Virus record (IMG/VR): IMGVR_UViG_3300030329_004107
Location: 4,328-68,327 of that record
DNA: 64,000 nt
Reading direction: 5' to 3' (one strand)
Origin: a virus
Positions 11,807 through 21,976 of the stretch are shown piece by piece. Within the stretch, counting starts at the first letter, position 1. Each line of letters opens with the position of its first letter. The notes under the pieces were generated by a model, which had not been told where the DNA came from, did no database searches, and saw nothing but the letters and a program-made list of their open reading frames with translations. The position numbers and the translations under genes were made by a program.

Positions 11807-12022
11807 TCAGTCTCTTGGAATACCCCCAGCGTACCAACCTTCTGGAAGTTTAACTTTTTTCTTGCTCAATACCCATTCTCCATTTTTCAGTACATATACG
11901 CGCCCTGAAACATCAGGCCCTATCCGGACCAAGTCTGCTTGAGTATCTACAAACACTACCCGAGTGGAACCGCAGCCAGATAAGAGTAACAAACTACTCA
12001 GAAGTATTAGAGTCATTTTCAT
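11807..12022 (-). CDS. Lipoprotein, possible o-spanin
   Basis: LLSGC lipobox; overlaps the upstream small membrane ORF and follows a holin-like gene. Confidence 0.5.
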   Translation of the reverse strand: MKMTLILLSSLLLLSGCGSTRVVFVDTQADLVRIGPDVSGRVYVLKNGEWVLSKKKVKLPEGWYAGGIPRD

Positions 12023-12173
12023 TTTTCTTAACCTTCTTTTCCTGTTCTTCTATACGTTTGCGCCACTTGTCTTTTAGACTTTTGGGTGTTGCATCAGCAT
12101 CGCCAGCCTTAACATCTTGTTTTACAAGGTCTGTCAGCCAATCTAAAATAGCTTTAACTAAAGCTATCCACAT
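11994..12173 (-). CDS. Small amphipathic protein, possible i-spanin (not in ORF track)
   Basis: MWIALVKAILDWLTDLVKQ..., 59 aa, between the holin-like gene and the lipoprotein. Confidence 0.45.
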   Translation of the reverse strand: MWIALVKAILDWLTDLVKQDVKAGDADATPKSLKDKWRKRIEEQEKKVKKNENDSNTSE

Positions 12174-12179
12174 TTAGCA

Positions 12180-12392
12180 TCAACCTCCTTTCTTGGCGAG
12201 GCCTCTAGATACGGTATAACCCAAAGCTGCGGCTGCACTGCAAACAAATCCAAAGATTTTGTCCGCAGCCGAAGCGCCCTCTGGATCGACTACCCCGGCC
12301 CCCCAAGCTAGAGAAGCCAAAGTGACGCAAAGCGTAATCCAAAATTCCGTAGTTTTCCAACCGGGTTTGATATTATTATTTTTAGTAGCCAT
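12180..12392 (-). CDS. Holin-like two-TM protein
   Basis: PGWKTTEFW N-terminus, two TM helices, YTVSRG C-terminus. Confidence 0.6.
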   Translation of the reverse strand: MATKNNNIKPGWKTTEFWITLCVTLASLAWGAGVVDPEGASAADKIFGFVCSAAAALGYTVSRGLAKKGG

Positions 12393-12457
12393 AATTTATT
12401 AACTCCTATTTAAGTATAACGGATAAATAAAAAATTTCAAAACTTTTTATTACTTAA

Positions 12458-13612
12458 TTAATTAATGTCTCCATTGCGTTTCAATTCCTGTAATTTGTCG
12501 TGAGGAATTCCTAATCCACCAATGGCAGTATATACAATTAAATTGTCTTTATTACCACTGTAGATTCCGCGATGTACAGTATTTCCCGGTTTTAAGATTC
12601 TTGAGAATTGCTCAAAAGCTTTGTCAAGATTTTCTTGAGGGACTTGATTAAGAACGTTGACTCCGCCTACGACGACTACGCCAGCGCAGCTACCAGACTC
12701 AAGATCAAAGCCTCCGCATAGAAGATTTTGTTTTAAATTATCTCTAACTGTTTTAGAAATACTTGTAGGCTTTGTCCAATCCGATACAGGAGACGCGCCA
12801 TATAAGATGCAGCCTGAATTTAGAATTTGCCTATAGTCATTTGGATCAAAAGAAGAATAACTGCTGTCTTTTGCCGCAGTTATGTTAAACAGGTGAAATA
12901 AGCCAACGATACTTTTGTTGGCAGTTTCCCAAAATGGCCCCACTGGCAACTTTGGATAGAGCTTGCTAATTTTTTCATTGTCAATCAAAATTAAAGGAGA
13001 TACCTTTCCTTCTTGCACCATACCTAAAACACGATGCAAAAGCTGAAAAGCATTAGCGTTTACTTTTTTGCCTTCTGAGACTTTGGGCAAAGCGAGAACG
13101 ACGCCAACCTTTTTGGGTCCGTCGATTTGAGCGATGTCTTGATATTGAAGAGCGCTGTCAATTAACGAGCAAGTTGTTCCTGCGCCTGATCCACCACCCG
13201 CACCAGCGCAAACGAAAATTCTATCGATTTCGTCTCCGAAGGCTTCGCGCATCAAATCAAACGCATCTTCTTTCTTCTCGGAAAAAAGTTTAGCAGCCAA
13301 GTCCATATCTTTTCCCGCTCCTCCACTGCCGATACAAAGCTTATGCTCAATATCTACAGTATTAAGGTCTTGCTGTGCCGTGTTTATGGCGCATACTCTT
13401 GCGTATCCGAATTTATGAAAAGTTTCCGCGATTCTAGAGCCGCCTTGACCAGCGCCCACGAAAGCAAATTTAAAAGCTCCATCGAACTTATCTTCAATTA
13501 CTTTTTCAGGTGGTGCTGCTTCAGGTACGGGAATTTCTGGGAGAGACAGGTCAAAATCGTCTGCGCCCATGTTGTTGTAGGAAGCTAAATCATCTATTTT
13601 ATCATCACTCAT
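12458..13612 (-). CDS. Tubulin/FtsZ-family GTPase (PhuZ/TubZ-like)
   Basis: VGAGQGG, AINTAQQD, GAGGGSGAG signature, LIDNEK, FDPND. Confidence 0.9.
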   Translation of the reverse strand: MSDDKIDDLASYNNMGADDFDLSLPEIPVPEAAPPEKVIEDKFDGAFKFAFVGAGQGGSRIAETFHKFGYARVCAINTAQQDLNTVDIEHKLCIGSGGAGKDMDLAAKLFSEKKEDAFDLMREAFGDEIDRIFVCAGAGGGSGAGTTCSLIDSALQYQDIAQIDGPKKVGVVLALPKVSEGKKVNANAFQLLHRVLGMVQEGKVSPLILIDNEKISKLYPKLPVGPFWETANKSIVGLFHLFNITAAKDSSYSSFDPNDYRQILNSGCILYGASPVSDWTKPTSISKTVRDNLKQNLLCGGFDLESGSCAGVVVVGGVNVLNQVPQENLDKAFEQFSRILKPGNTVHRGIYSGNKDNLIVYTAIGGLGIPHDKLQELKRNGDIN

Positions 13613-13615
13613 AAA

Positions 13616-15619
13616 TTATTCCTTTTCTTTTTTGCTAGCCAACAAGATGCTGGCTAAATAAGCATTTACTCCATGCTCATGAGATAGTTCCATTACCTCG
13701 TTTACTCTGTCTGAGTTATGGTCAATGGGCATATCTGTATATTTAGCAACGGACTCATTCCAGTTTTCTGGAGGTTCATTGCAAATGATCACTTCGCTAA
13801 TATCTTCAGCAACGCTTTTCTGCTTTTTGTTGAGCCTTTTTATATCATGCTTTTCTCTGAGATATTTTTCCACTTCTCCTTGTAGTTTCTGTGCTAAAAT
13901 TAAATTATTCTTAACATGTTCTAAACTAAAGTGGTCTACAGCTTTGGATTGTTCTCCTTCTCCTATTGGAGAAACATTTTTAGATTGCTGCGGGGTTCCT
14001 GTGCCTTCAGGTCTGCCATTTTCTTTAGCCGCTTTCTTTTGTTGAGCGATCTGTTTGTCAGCCATCTTTTTCTGTGTGAATGGGCCTCCCAATAGAGGCT
14101 CGTAAAGACCTTTATCTTTTAAGCTCCTAAATTCTTCTTGGGACTCCAACGCTTCTTCTTGGCTGGGTAGCCTTCCGTGTTCAATAGCTTGCAAGCCTTC
14201 TTCCGCAGTCAAAATGCCAAGCTCTACGAGTCTGGTATAAATTCTTGAGTATTGAAGATTGTCTCTTAAATCAATGTTGTCGAAATGGGCCGTGGGGAAG
14301 TTTTTAAAACCCAGCGCCCTCGAAATTCTTTTAATTTCTGGATACAAAAAGTCATTGATGAAAGTCTCTCTCGCTTGTTTAAGCCTCTCTGTGAATACTT
14401 TTACTTTTATGCTTTGGTTAGCAAATTTCTCATTTTCTCCGATAAGGATATTATTTAACCCAATACGAATATCTTGGTCTAAGATGGTGTATTTAGCGGG
14501 ATCGAGAAGTGCTCCGATACTTGGAACAACGAATTCCGCCTTGGTGGTATAGTCTGCAATTAAAACCCTACCCACGGATTCATTAGCGAATAAATTTTGC
14601 ATCGCTTCTAAATTCTTTTGGTTGATTCCGCCCTTTTCTGGTTCTGCGCCCATAGTTACGAGAAGAATGGCTTGCTGCATTGTACGAGCAATCGCCATGT
14701 CGATTTTCTTCATTTCGTATTTGGCGTTGATATCTTCCAGAACGGGATAGCCCATTGGAACGGCGAAAGGCTCGTAGTCTTGCTTTTTGTAAAAAACCGC
14801 GACGATCTTATCTTTTTCCAAAGGCAATAAAATTGTCGAAGCTCTAGGGTTATTGATCGCCTTTTTCGCGTCGTCTGGCAAGTTCGATACTAATTCTTTT
14901 TCCTCTTCAGTTTTAGGGTCTCTAAGCCTGTCGAGTTCATAAGTGCTAACAGATTTTTTATACTCCCCTTGCACAAAAGACAGGGAACCAGATAGTTTAA
15001 TATCCGCTGGATTTAAAATGATGTATCTCAAAGGAATTGTAGAATCAGCAGCAGCAATATCTTCTAAAGATGCATTAGCTCCAAATGTCCGCGCTAATTT
15101 ATTGATATCTGACTTTTTAAGTTTCCCGTCAAATCTAAATACAAATACATTTCCTGATCTAAAATATTCTCTAAAGAACTTATCTTGGAAGCTTCTTAAA
15201 TTAATTTTCTTAAATAAAGCATTAAAGAAATCTCTAGACTTTTTACTGCCTCCCTTAAAGTAAATGTTGCTAACACAAAATTCGGCCATTAAGTCGATTG
15301 TGTTTCTGAATATAGAAAAATTGTAATAAGCCTTTTGACAAAGAATAACAGCATCTCTTACATCAATATCACTGTTACTTGCGCTATTAGCCCCATATCT
15401 AAATGGAACCATCCCGTCTTCGATATTCTTATACCGATCCGTTTTAACAATAGATGACGCGGCATTCCGCCTACTTCTCGTAGCCCCGCTTGAATTCGCG
15501 GAGACTGCGGCGCTGGTGGCCATCAATGGAGTTGCTCCCGGCTCTTCTTTTTTGGTTTTAGCTCTACTTTGAGTTTTCTTAGCGGGAGTTTTAGGCTTAG
15601 ATTTATTCTTATTGTCCAT
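13616..15619 (-). CDS. Portal protein
   Basis: 667 aa between terminase and head genes; FFREYFRSGNVF and KQDYEPFAVP segments resemble portals. Confidence 0.7.
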   Translation of the reverse strand: MDNKNKSKPKTPAKKTQSRAKTKKEEPGATPLMATSAAVSANSSGATRSRRNAASSIVKTDRYKNIEDGMVPFRYGANSASNSDIDVRDAVILCQKAYYNFSIFRNTIDLMAEFCVSNIYFKGGSKKSRDFFNALFKKINLRSFQDKFFREYFRSGNVFVFRFDGKLKKSDINKLARTFGANASLEDIAAADSTIPLRYIILNPADIKLSGSLSFVQGEYKKSVSTYELDRLRDPKTEEEKELVSNLPDDAKKAINNPRASTILLPLEKDKIVAVFYKKQDYEPFAVPMGYPVLEDINAKYEMKKIDMAIARTMQQAILLVTMGAEPEKGGINQKNLEAMQNLFANESVGRVLIADYTTKAEFVVPSIGALLDPAKYTILDQDIRIGLNNILIGENEKFANQSIKVKVFTERLKQARETFINDFLYPEIKRISRALGFKNFPTAHFDNIDLRDNLQYSRIYTRLVELGILTAEEGLQAIEHGRLPSQEEALESQEEFRSLKDKGLYEPLLGGPFTQKKMADKQIAQQKKAAKENGRPEGTGTPQQSKNVSPIGEGEQSKAVDHFSLEHVKNNLILAQKLQGEVEKYLREKHDIKRLNKKQKSVAEDISEVIICNEPPENWNESVAKYTDMPIDHNSDRVNEVMELSHEHGVNAYLASILLASKKEKE

Positions 15620-15705
15620 TTTAGATTAATTTACGTCTTATATTACACGATGCAAGTAAAAAAGACGAAAAATATTCCAAAATAATCAAATCTAAGAAGA
15701 TAATT

Positions 15706-16596
15706 TTACCAAGAGCTAATTCCTACCCGTTTCCACGTATTATTAGCCGTGCAGATGTAGATGTAGTCGCTATCCCACGCAATCTCGCCTTTGTGGCCTT
15801 TGGAGCTAGCCGCAGAAGGAACATAGACGGAGGCGTTTTTTATTCCTAAAAATTCACCGCTTCCGCTTACTTCAAAGTCGTAAGTATCAGGGTCAGTCTT
15901 AACGCCAAAGCCGCCGCCTTTTACGTAGCTATCTCCACTTGCGGCAAATTTAGCAGTTCCGATACCCCCTTGTTTATACAATCTCAAAGAAGCACCGTTA
16001 TCCTCGTAAACAACTCTGGCGCTGGCGTTGTTGCCAGTGTTTGTAAATCTACCGCCCAAGCCTCCATTTACGTCAAGATCATAGCTGGGTACTCCTGTTT
16101 TTATGCCGACGTTACCCGTATTGTCTATGACGAAAGTAGGTTGAGTTTTATCAGATTTCTTGATAATTAAATCATCATTTGAATCAACATAAATATACGC
16201 AGAATCTTGTCCGGCCTGAGAGACTATAACTCCTGTTTTGCCGATAATAACGTTTTCTTCGGATTTAATGTTGCCGCCAGAAACATGGAAAAGCTCTGAG
16301 GGAGTATCATAATTAACACCTACGCCAATCTTGTTGCTTGAATGATTTAATACGCTTGCACCGGCAAATTGAGTGCTGCTGTTGTATTGAAATTGACCAT
16401 TAGACCCTGACGCAGTGCTTGCTCCAGCAGGGCCAGCGGGTCCGGTGCTGCCAGCCGCTCCAGTAGCGCCTGTAGGCCCAATGGGTCCGGCGGGTCCAGC
16501 GGGACCGCTAACTCCTGTAATTGGCGCAACAGCCAAGATGTATCCAGAAAGCTCTGGAAGAAAAACTTGTTTTAATCTGATTCTATTGTCTGGCAT
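15706..16596 (-). CDS. Fibre-like virion protein with a short collagen segment
   Basis: [10 protein letters not shown] repeats, GNVGIKT repeats, C-terminal GEIAWDSDYIYIC...WKRV. Confidence 0.65.
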   Translation of the reverse strand: MPDNRIRLKQVFLPELSGYILAVAPITGVSGPAGPAGPIGPTGATGAAGSTGPAGPAGASTASGSNGQFQYNSSTQFAGASVLNHSSNKIGVGVNYDTPSELFHVSGGNIKSEENVIIGKTGVIVSQAGQDSAYIYVDSNDDLIIKKSDKTQPTFVIDNTGNVGIKTGVPSYDLDVNGGLGGRFTNTGNNASARVVYEDNGASLRLYKQGGIGTAKFAASGDSYVKGGGFGVKTDPDTYDFEVSGSGEFLGIKNASVYVPSAASSKGHKGEIAWDSDYIYICTANNTWKRVGISSW

Positions 16597-16627
16597 TTTC
16601 CTTTTTCCCTATTTTATTACACATTTA

Positions 16628-18451
16628 TTAAATTAGACGGGGCGTAAAAGTATCAGTATTTTCTGGCTTGAAGCCTTGTAGGTCATAATAGGACTTTAAA
16701 GCCCAGTTGGCTAACATAAGAGTCGTATAATTGTCTTTACGGGCTCTATTTGCGCTTGTGGAGCGTTTTAAATGCAGGGGAAGGTCAAACGTCTGCGTGC
16801 CCCTTGCGGTGCTCTTAACCTCAAGCAGAGCGCATTGCTTCTTTGTCTGGTAAATTAGGTCGTCTTGGATTTCGATCAAGTCTAATGTGTTTTCGGCGTT
16901 TGTTAAATTAATATTAACGTGCTGACTAGAGACAGAGTTGAAAGCGTTTTCGCTGGCTGTCGTGCTGGAAGCGAACCAAATCTTTTTGTGGTCAATACAG
17001 GCTTGTAAATGCTCGTTTGCTTTTCTTAACCAATCAGAACCAAATACTTGTTTAAATACGATAGTATTATTGTTTTTATTGTATTGTCTTTTCGCTTGCT
17101 TTACTTGCTTGCGATAATCTTCTCCTTCTTTGTTAGTGTCGAAATCGAAGAACTTTAAATTAATCTTAGAATCTAAAAACAGCTTATTCTCATTGCACGA
17201 ATCAATGAACTGAAATCCCGCATTATCAATAACAATCATTTCAATGTCAAAATTAGCTATCATATAATAGAGATATTTAATATGATCTTTTAAATCACCT
17301 CCTGCGACAGCATAACTATGCACCAAGGTTCCTTGCTGGGTTTCATCGTCAAGCTCTAATAAGGACATGGCGAAATAGTCAGAGCTTGGACTGTTAGAAA
17401 ATGAGGGGTCAATACCAAGAATGTATTTTGCGTTTGGAGCGCCTTTGATCAAAGTGTGTGGAGATTGCCCGTTAGGTATCGTGCATTCGTGCATTTTTTT
17501 CGCGCTAAAATAAGAATCAGAACCATCTGTAAATATAGCGCAATACTCTCTTAAAAATGATGAATGAGAAGCTCCTCCGCTTTTAGCTTCATCAATGATG
17601 GTCGTGTCTATCATTTCGCTTGGTAGAGACTCGTATCCCATTTGAGAGATGAAGTAAGAAGAGGTTTGCTCCTTCTCGGGGTGATATATTTTTTCTGTCC
17701 ATTCTTTGTAAGTCTTGTAAAGATTTTCGAATGTATAGCTAGCGGAAGATAAGGCCACCATCTTAGAATTGTTTTCGAAAACCATTCGCTCATCTTCAGT
17801 CATTAAGCCCTGCTCGATGAGCTTGTCTTCTTGTTCTCTGATTGAAATACGTTCCGTCATATCTTGAGGTGCAACCAAAAACGGCATCAACACTGTCTTA
17901 ATGGTTTCTTCAGGCAGAAGAAGAAACTCGTCCAGTAAGAGTACGTTTGCTCGGAAACCACGAATTTTTTCCCCGGATAGTGGAACTGCGGTTATGCTGC
18001 CTCCATTTATTAGCCACTCGAACTGGTCGTTACGTTTAGAGGGCTTCGCAGAAAACGCTTGCTGGAGGAACTCCGCCCCTTTAGATGCAACTATCTTTTC
18101 CAGATTGTTAAAAATAAATCTAGCAGTACGAAAGGTTGGACCAGCAATTAAAATCTTAGTGCCCGGATAAAATATACATTGCAAGAAGGCGAATACCGAC
18201 GCTATAAAAGTTTTACCGCAGCCACGACCCCATACACACATACTAAAGTTTTTAGTCATCAAACCTCTTAATGTAATCTCTTGGAACGGGGCCAACTTGA
18301 GTCCAGAAATTAATTCGGTGGTAAATCCAATATTGTGCCGCAGAAATTTAGCTAAAGTAATTTTAGCTTCTTTATCTTGCAACTCACCCTCTAACTTTAA
18401 TAGCTCTTCGTTGATGTTGGGCGTTTGCTTGTCTGAGTTAGCGTACCACAT
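16628..18451 (-). CDS. Terminase large subunit
   Basis: Walker A GRGCGKT, IRGFRA, Walker B LLLDE, nuclease LGIDP and KDNYT. Confidence 0.88.
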   Translation of the reverse strand: MWYANSDKQTPNINEELLKLEGELQDKEAKITLAKFLRHNIGFTTELISGLKLAPFQEITLRGLMTKNFSMCVWGRGCGKTFIASVFAFLQCIFYPGTKILIAGPTFRTARFIFNNLEKIVASKGAEFLQQAFSAKPSKRNDQFEWLINGGSITAVPLSGEKIRGFRANVLLLDEFLLLPEETIKTVLMPFLVAPQDMTERISIREQEDKLIEQGLMTEDERMVFENNSKMVALSSASYTFENLYKTYKEWTEKIYHPEKEQTSSYFISQMGYESLPSEMIDTTIIDEAKSGGASHSSFLREYCAIFTDGSDSYFSAKKMHECTIPNGQSPHTLIKGAPNAKYILGIDPSFSNSPSSDYFAMSLLELDDETQQGTLVHSYAVAGGDLKDHIKYLYYMIANFDIEMIVIDNAGFQFIDSCNENKLFLDSKINLKFFDFDTNKEGEDYRKQVKQAKRQYNKNNNTIVFKQVFGSDWLRKANEHLQACIDHKKIWFASSTTASENAFNSVSSQHVNINLTNAENTLDLIEIQDDLIYQTKKQCALLEVKSTARGTQTFDLPLHLKRSTSANRARKDNYTTLMLANWALKSYYDLQGFKPENTDTFTPRLI

Positions 18452-19407
18452 TATAAAATTTTTGAATCATATGCTAATTGTAAGTCTGCTTTTTTATAAA
18501 TGCATCCCGACATAAAAATTTTCTCAATGACGCGGGCAGATTCTTTCCTTCCGTTTACAAATAAGAACTGAATCGTAGGATATTCTTGATTTAACTTTCT
18601 TATTCTGTGAAAAATAAAATCCGGGGTAGCTTTTATCTTACTGTATACTCTTGATTTATCGTGGGCTTTTCTAATATGATTAAAATTTAAGGCATCGATC
18701 AATTTAGCTTCTACCACAATAATCAAGTTGGCTTCCTCCTCAATAGAGCGCTCAATTTCTTTACAAAATCGATCATAGCCCCCGCTTATAGTTCCAATGA
18801 GGTCAACTAAAGACTTTCTCTCAACGTAGCAGTTGCAAGTCGCATCTCTATCAGAAAAAGCATAATCTCCATATTTTAAAGCTTTTAATTCTATAGGTCT
18901 TTTAAACTTTAAAGGTCGCTGCTCGCGGGTATCCACGTAGATCATATATTTTGGTTTTAGATATTCTGAGGCGCATATGATATTGTCAATATTAGAGTAT
19001 TTTATCTTTAAACCTAAATCTTCACAAAGAGAGTAGTAGTCGCCAAAAATTTCATTATAGTAAGGAATCGGAGGACTCATAATAGACCTTAATTCAACTT
19101 GCGTTGGCGCGTATTCTATTTTCTTCTCTTTTATTCTTTTAGTTAATAACTCACGGCAAAACTCTTTGGCTTCCTCAATATCAACATTTTTGAGCCACAT
19201 TCTAAGATTAGTTCTGTTATTGAATTCGGCATTTAAATATTGTTCTTTATTTTTAAATTTTATTATATCGCCAGTATGTTTATCGAAGCGCGGATAGTAT
19301 TTTTGATAATACTCGGCCATACGCATTTTATGCTTGCGGAGGTGCTTGTGAAGTTCTTTGTCGCTAGCAAATTCTTCATTATCTATCTTGCAAATGACCT
19401 TACCCAT
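18451..19407 (-). CDS. ERCC4-type nuclease with N-terminal Zn-finger-like segment
   Basis: VDTREQ, GDY and ERKS motifs. Confidence 0.75.
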   Translation of the reverse strand: MGKVICKIDNEEFASDKELHKHLRKHKMRMAEYYQKYYPRFDKHTGDIIKFKNKEQYLNAEFNNRTNLRMWLKNVDIEEAKEFCRELLTKRIKEKKIEYAPTQVELRSIMSPPIPYYNEIFGDYYSLCEDLGLKIKYSNIDNIICASEYLKPKYMIYVDTREQRPLKFKRPIELKALKYGDYAFSDRDATCNCYVERKSLVDLIGTISGGYDRFCKEIERSIEEEANLIIVVEAKLIDALNFNHIRKAHDKSRVYSKIKATPDFIFHRIRKLNQEYPTIQFLFVNGRKESARVIEKIFMSGCIYKKADLQLAYDSKIL

Positions 19408-20488
19408 CTAAAGCCTCGTCTTTACTCAATCCTAAAATTTTGCACTTTATATCGTCCATGTTTGACAAATTATCTACCTCTTCTGATACTATTTTTTTAC
19501 GCCGCTCTGCGATAGCAATCATTTTTTGTCTGGACTCTTCTTCTTTCCACATCTCTACTAAGTTTAAAATACTTGCGTTGCTTTTAAGCTGCGATTTTAA
19601 CTTGTCGCTTCTTTTTTCTTTTAAATCTCCAAGAAGCTTATGCTGTCGATTTACAGATTGATTATATTCAGTTTGAGCAGTATTGATTGACTCTACCAAC
19701 GACATAGCTATCCGTCGCCCTTCTGAGTCATCTGCTGATTGGTCTAAAAGCCGTTGAAGGTGCTCTACGCGCCGTTGGATGTTAACCGCGATAACCACCT
19801 CAACAGAAAGCACTATATATTGATCTACTTCTTCTTGAGTTAAATCTTCTTTATCGTGAGTATAGCGAACAAAACTGCTTTCAAATAACTCTCGATCTTC
19901 AATAGTTTCATAATTGTTAATTTGATGTAAAAACCTATAAGTATGAAGATAGCCAATAAGAGAGTTTATATCTCTTTTTTGTTTTGCTGTAATTTTATTT
20001 TTATTTATTCCGTGGAGTACATACTTATTTACTCTGGTGATGGCTCTATCTGCGTTTGTGGGCGGTTTGTATTCGCCTTGAGGCACGCTATTGTCATTTT
20101 GTGCTGATTCAATATTTAACGTCGAAATGAAGTCATTAACCGTTCTAGTCTCTTGAGAGAGATTGGATATCTTATCATCTTTGAATAGAATCCTAGCGAT
20201 TTCTACTGCCGTCATCATACCGGCGTTATTAACGATGAACTCTTTTTTTTCTTCGTCTAACTTTAAAACGCCTTTGTGCTTGTATTCGTGTGAGGCTCGG
20301 GCACGTATTTGCCTCGTAGCTAAAAACGCTTTTACGGCCTTTCCCTCTTTTGTTCGGCCATCTAGCTCTGGATTATCTGGATACGCTACTCTTATCAACT
20401 CTAATAAAGAGGGCGGGTTATCAGGCCGGTTATTCCACTCGCTCAAGATATCCTGTTGCTGCTGCGCGTTTAAATTCGGTAAACTCAT
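19400..20488 (-). CDS. Hypothetical helical protein (possible small terminase or DNA-binding protein)
   Basis: ORF upstream of the terminase; function inferred from position only. Confidence 0.4.
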   Translation of the reverse strand: MSLPNLNAQQQQDILSEWNNRPDNPPSLLELIRVAYPDNPELDGRTKEGKAVKAFLATRQIRARASHEYKHKGVLKLDEEKKEFIVNNAGMMTAVEIARILFKDDKISNLSQETRTVNDFISTLNIESAQNDNSVPQGEYKPPTNADRAITRVNKYVLHGINKNKITAKQKRDINSLIGYLHTYRFLHQINNYETIEDRELFESSFVRYTHDKEDLTQEEVDQYIVLSVEVVIAVNIQRRVEHLQRLLDQSADDSEGRRIAMSLVESINTAQTEYNQSVNRQHKLLGDLKEKRSDKLKSQLKSNASILNLVEMWKEEESRQKMIAIAERRKKIVSEEVDNLSNMDDIKCKILGLSKDEALDG

Positions 20489-21168
20489 ACTATATCAATG
20501 TTATTCTTATCTAGATGCTTTTTAACTTTTTCAATGATAGATTTTTTGATATTTTTAATTTGTTTATATCCGGGTGATCTGTTTTTTTCTGAAGTTTTGT
20601 ATCCTAGCTCTTCAGCCACTTCTTGTTCTGATTTATTGTTTATATAAAGACTTAGATATACTTTCCATTCTATAGGCTTTAAAATCTCCTTCATCTTTTT
20701 ATGGAGTTTCATTATATTAGACTCGACATCAAAAGAGTCGCTAGATTGACTGAAAACTTCTTGAGCGTGATTTTCTAAAGGTAAGGGTATTTTTAAGTCG
20801 TGAGCCCGCTTTTTAGTCCTTTCCCAAGTTTGATATAAAGGACATGTTGAATCTTGCTTGCCGTAAATCTCACATAGATTGTTGCCTTCTGCGGCTGCAC
20901 ATTTTAAACAAGGTCTACAATAATTACCATAGTTGTTTCTAATTAAATTTTTTATTTGATTTGATATGATTCTGTTGAGCCAAGGCGCTAAAGGCTTGGA
21001 TTGGTCGTAAAGATGCCACTTTTTGTATATGTGTATCCTTAGTATCTGAGACACATCATCGAAATCCATCCAAGGAATTGCTGTTAAATTCCATTTATTT
21101 TTGCGCTTGATAATTTCTTGATTTACTTCTTCGATACATTCTTCAAAAGTTCTCTCTTTCTGTTTTAT
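20485..21168 (-). CDS. Divergent sigma-factor-like protein (candidate late sigma)
   Basis: DFDDVSQ...WLNRIISNQIKN (region 2-like) and SEQEVAEELG (region 4 HTH). The frame stays open upstream of the ATG at 21069 to an ATA at 21168 preceded by AGGAG. Confidence 0.65.
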   Translation of the reverse strand: MKQKERTFEECIEEVNQEIIKRKNKWNLTAIPWMDFDDVSQILRIHIYKKWHLYDQSKPLAPWLNRIISNQIKNLIRNNYGNYCRPCLKCAAAEGNNLCEIYGKQDSTCPLYQTWERTKKRAHDLKIPLPLENHAQEVFSQSSDSFDVESNIMKLHKKMKEILKPIEWKVYLSLYINNKSEQEVAEELGYKTSEKNRSPGYKQIKNIKKSIIEKVKKHLDKNNIDIV

Positions 21169-21572
21169 TTGCCGTCTCCTTTCTCTCTAAGAGAGCCAGC
21201 TTCTTTTTTGAAATTTTCCAAAAATTGTTTTTTAGACTCTCTTTTTGCTTTTGGCGTTTGATAATCATCATTTCCTTGAGAGGGAGCGGAAGTTCCCGCT
21301 ATTTCACCAAAAGTGAAAGAGTTTTTAGGTATCTCGAAGTCTACCTCTAGACCTTCGAGTGTCGGCAAAGTTTCTTCAGGTTCTTGACTCGCAGTAACAG
21401 ATTCTTGCTCTTCTGCTTGTTCAGCTTCTTCTTGAGCCACTTCTTCAACTGAATCTTGAGCTTGGGCACGCACATCTCCAGTTTTAGCACCACATTGCAT
21501 ACAAAAATTAGGCGGAGCGCCATTATAGGTCATTCCGTATCCACATTGATAACAATACATCTTCATATCCAT
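21165..21572 (-). CDS. Zinc-ribbon protein
   Basis: CYQCG...FCMQCG. Confidence 0.65.
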   Translation of the reverse strand: MDMKMYCYQCGYGMTYNGAPPNFCMQCGAKTGDVRAQAQDSVEEVAQEEAEQAEEQESVTASQEPEETLPTLEGLEVDFEIPKNSFTFGEIAGTSAPSQGNDDYQTPKAKRESKKQFLENFKKEAGSLREKGDGK

Positions 21573-21667
21573 TAATTATATGGGGTAAGTTCTTTAAAAA
21601 CAACATTTAATAGTTTTTTAACCAAAAAAAATGAACCGACTGTCTAAAATTAACTGTAATATATAGT

Positions 21668-21976
21668 ATGAAAAGACCTCAAGAGCCCTTTTTCTTTACA
21701 AACTCCGAAGGTATAGAATACGAGGTCATTTTCAGAAAGCCTGACAAGCGCCATTTCGGCAAAGCTGATGGGATTTGCACTGCTCCTAATGGGAAAAACC
21801 CTAAAATCCACATTAATCCAAATCTTACTAGCAAATCAGAATTTAACACTATAGTTCACGAATTAGCACACGCCTTCTTTTGGGATAAATCAGAAAAAGA
21901 AATATATAAGTTTGCCAACACGGTAACAAAATTTTTATTTACAAATCAAAAATGGAGAAAAACCAAAAATGAGTGA
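21668..21976 (+). CDS. HEXXH metallopeptidase-like protein
   Basis: TIVHELAH motif. Confidence 0.65.
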   Translation: MKRPQEPFFFTNSEGIEYEVIFRKPDKRHFGKADGICTAPNGKNPKIHINPNLTSKSEFNTIVHELAHAFFWDKSEKEIYKFANTVTKFLFTNQKWRKTKNE

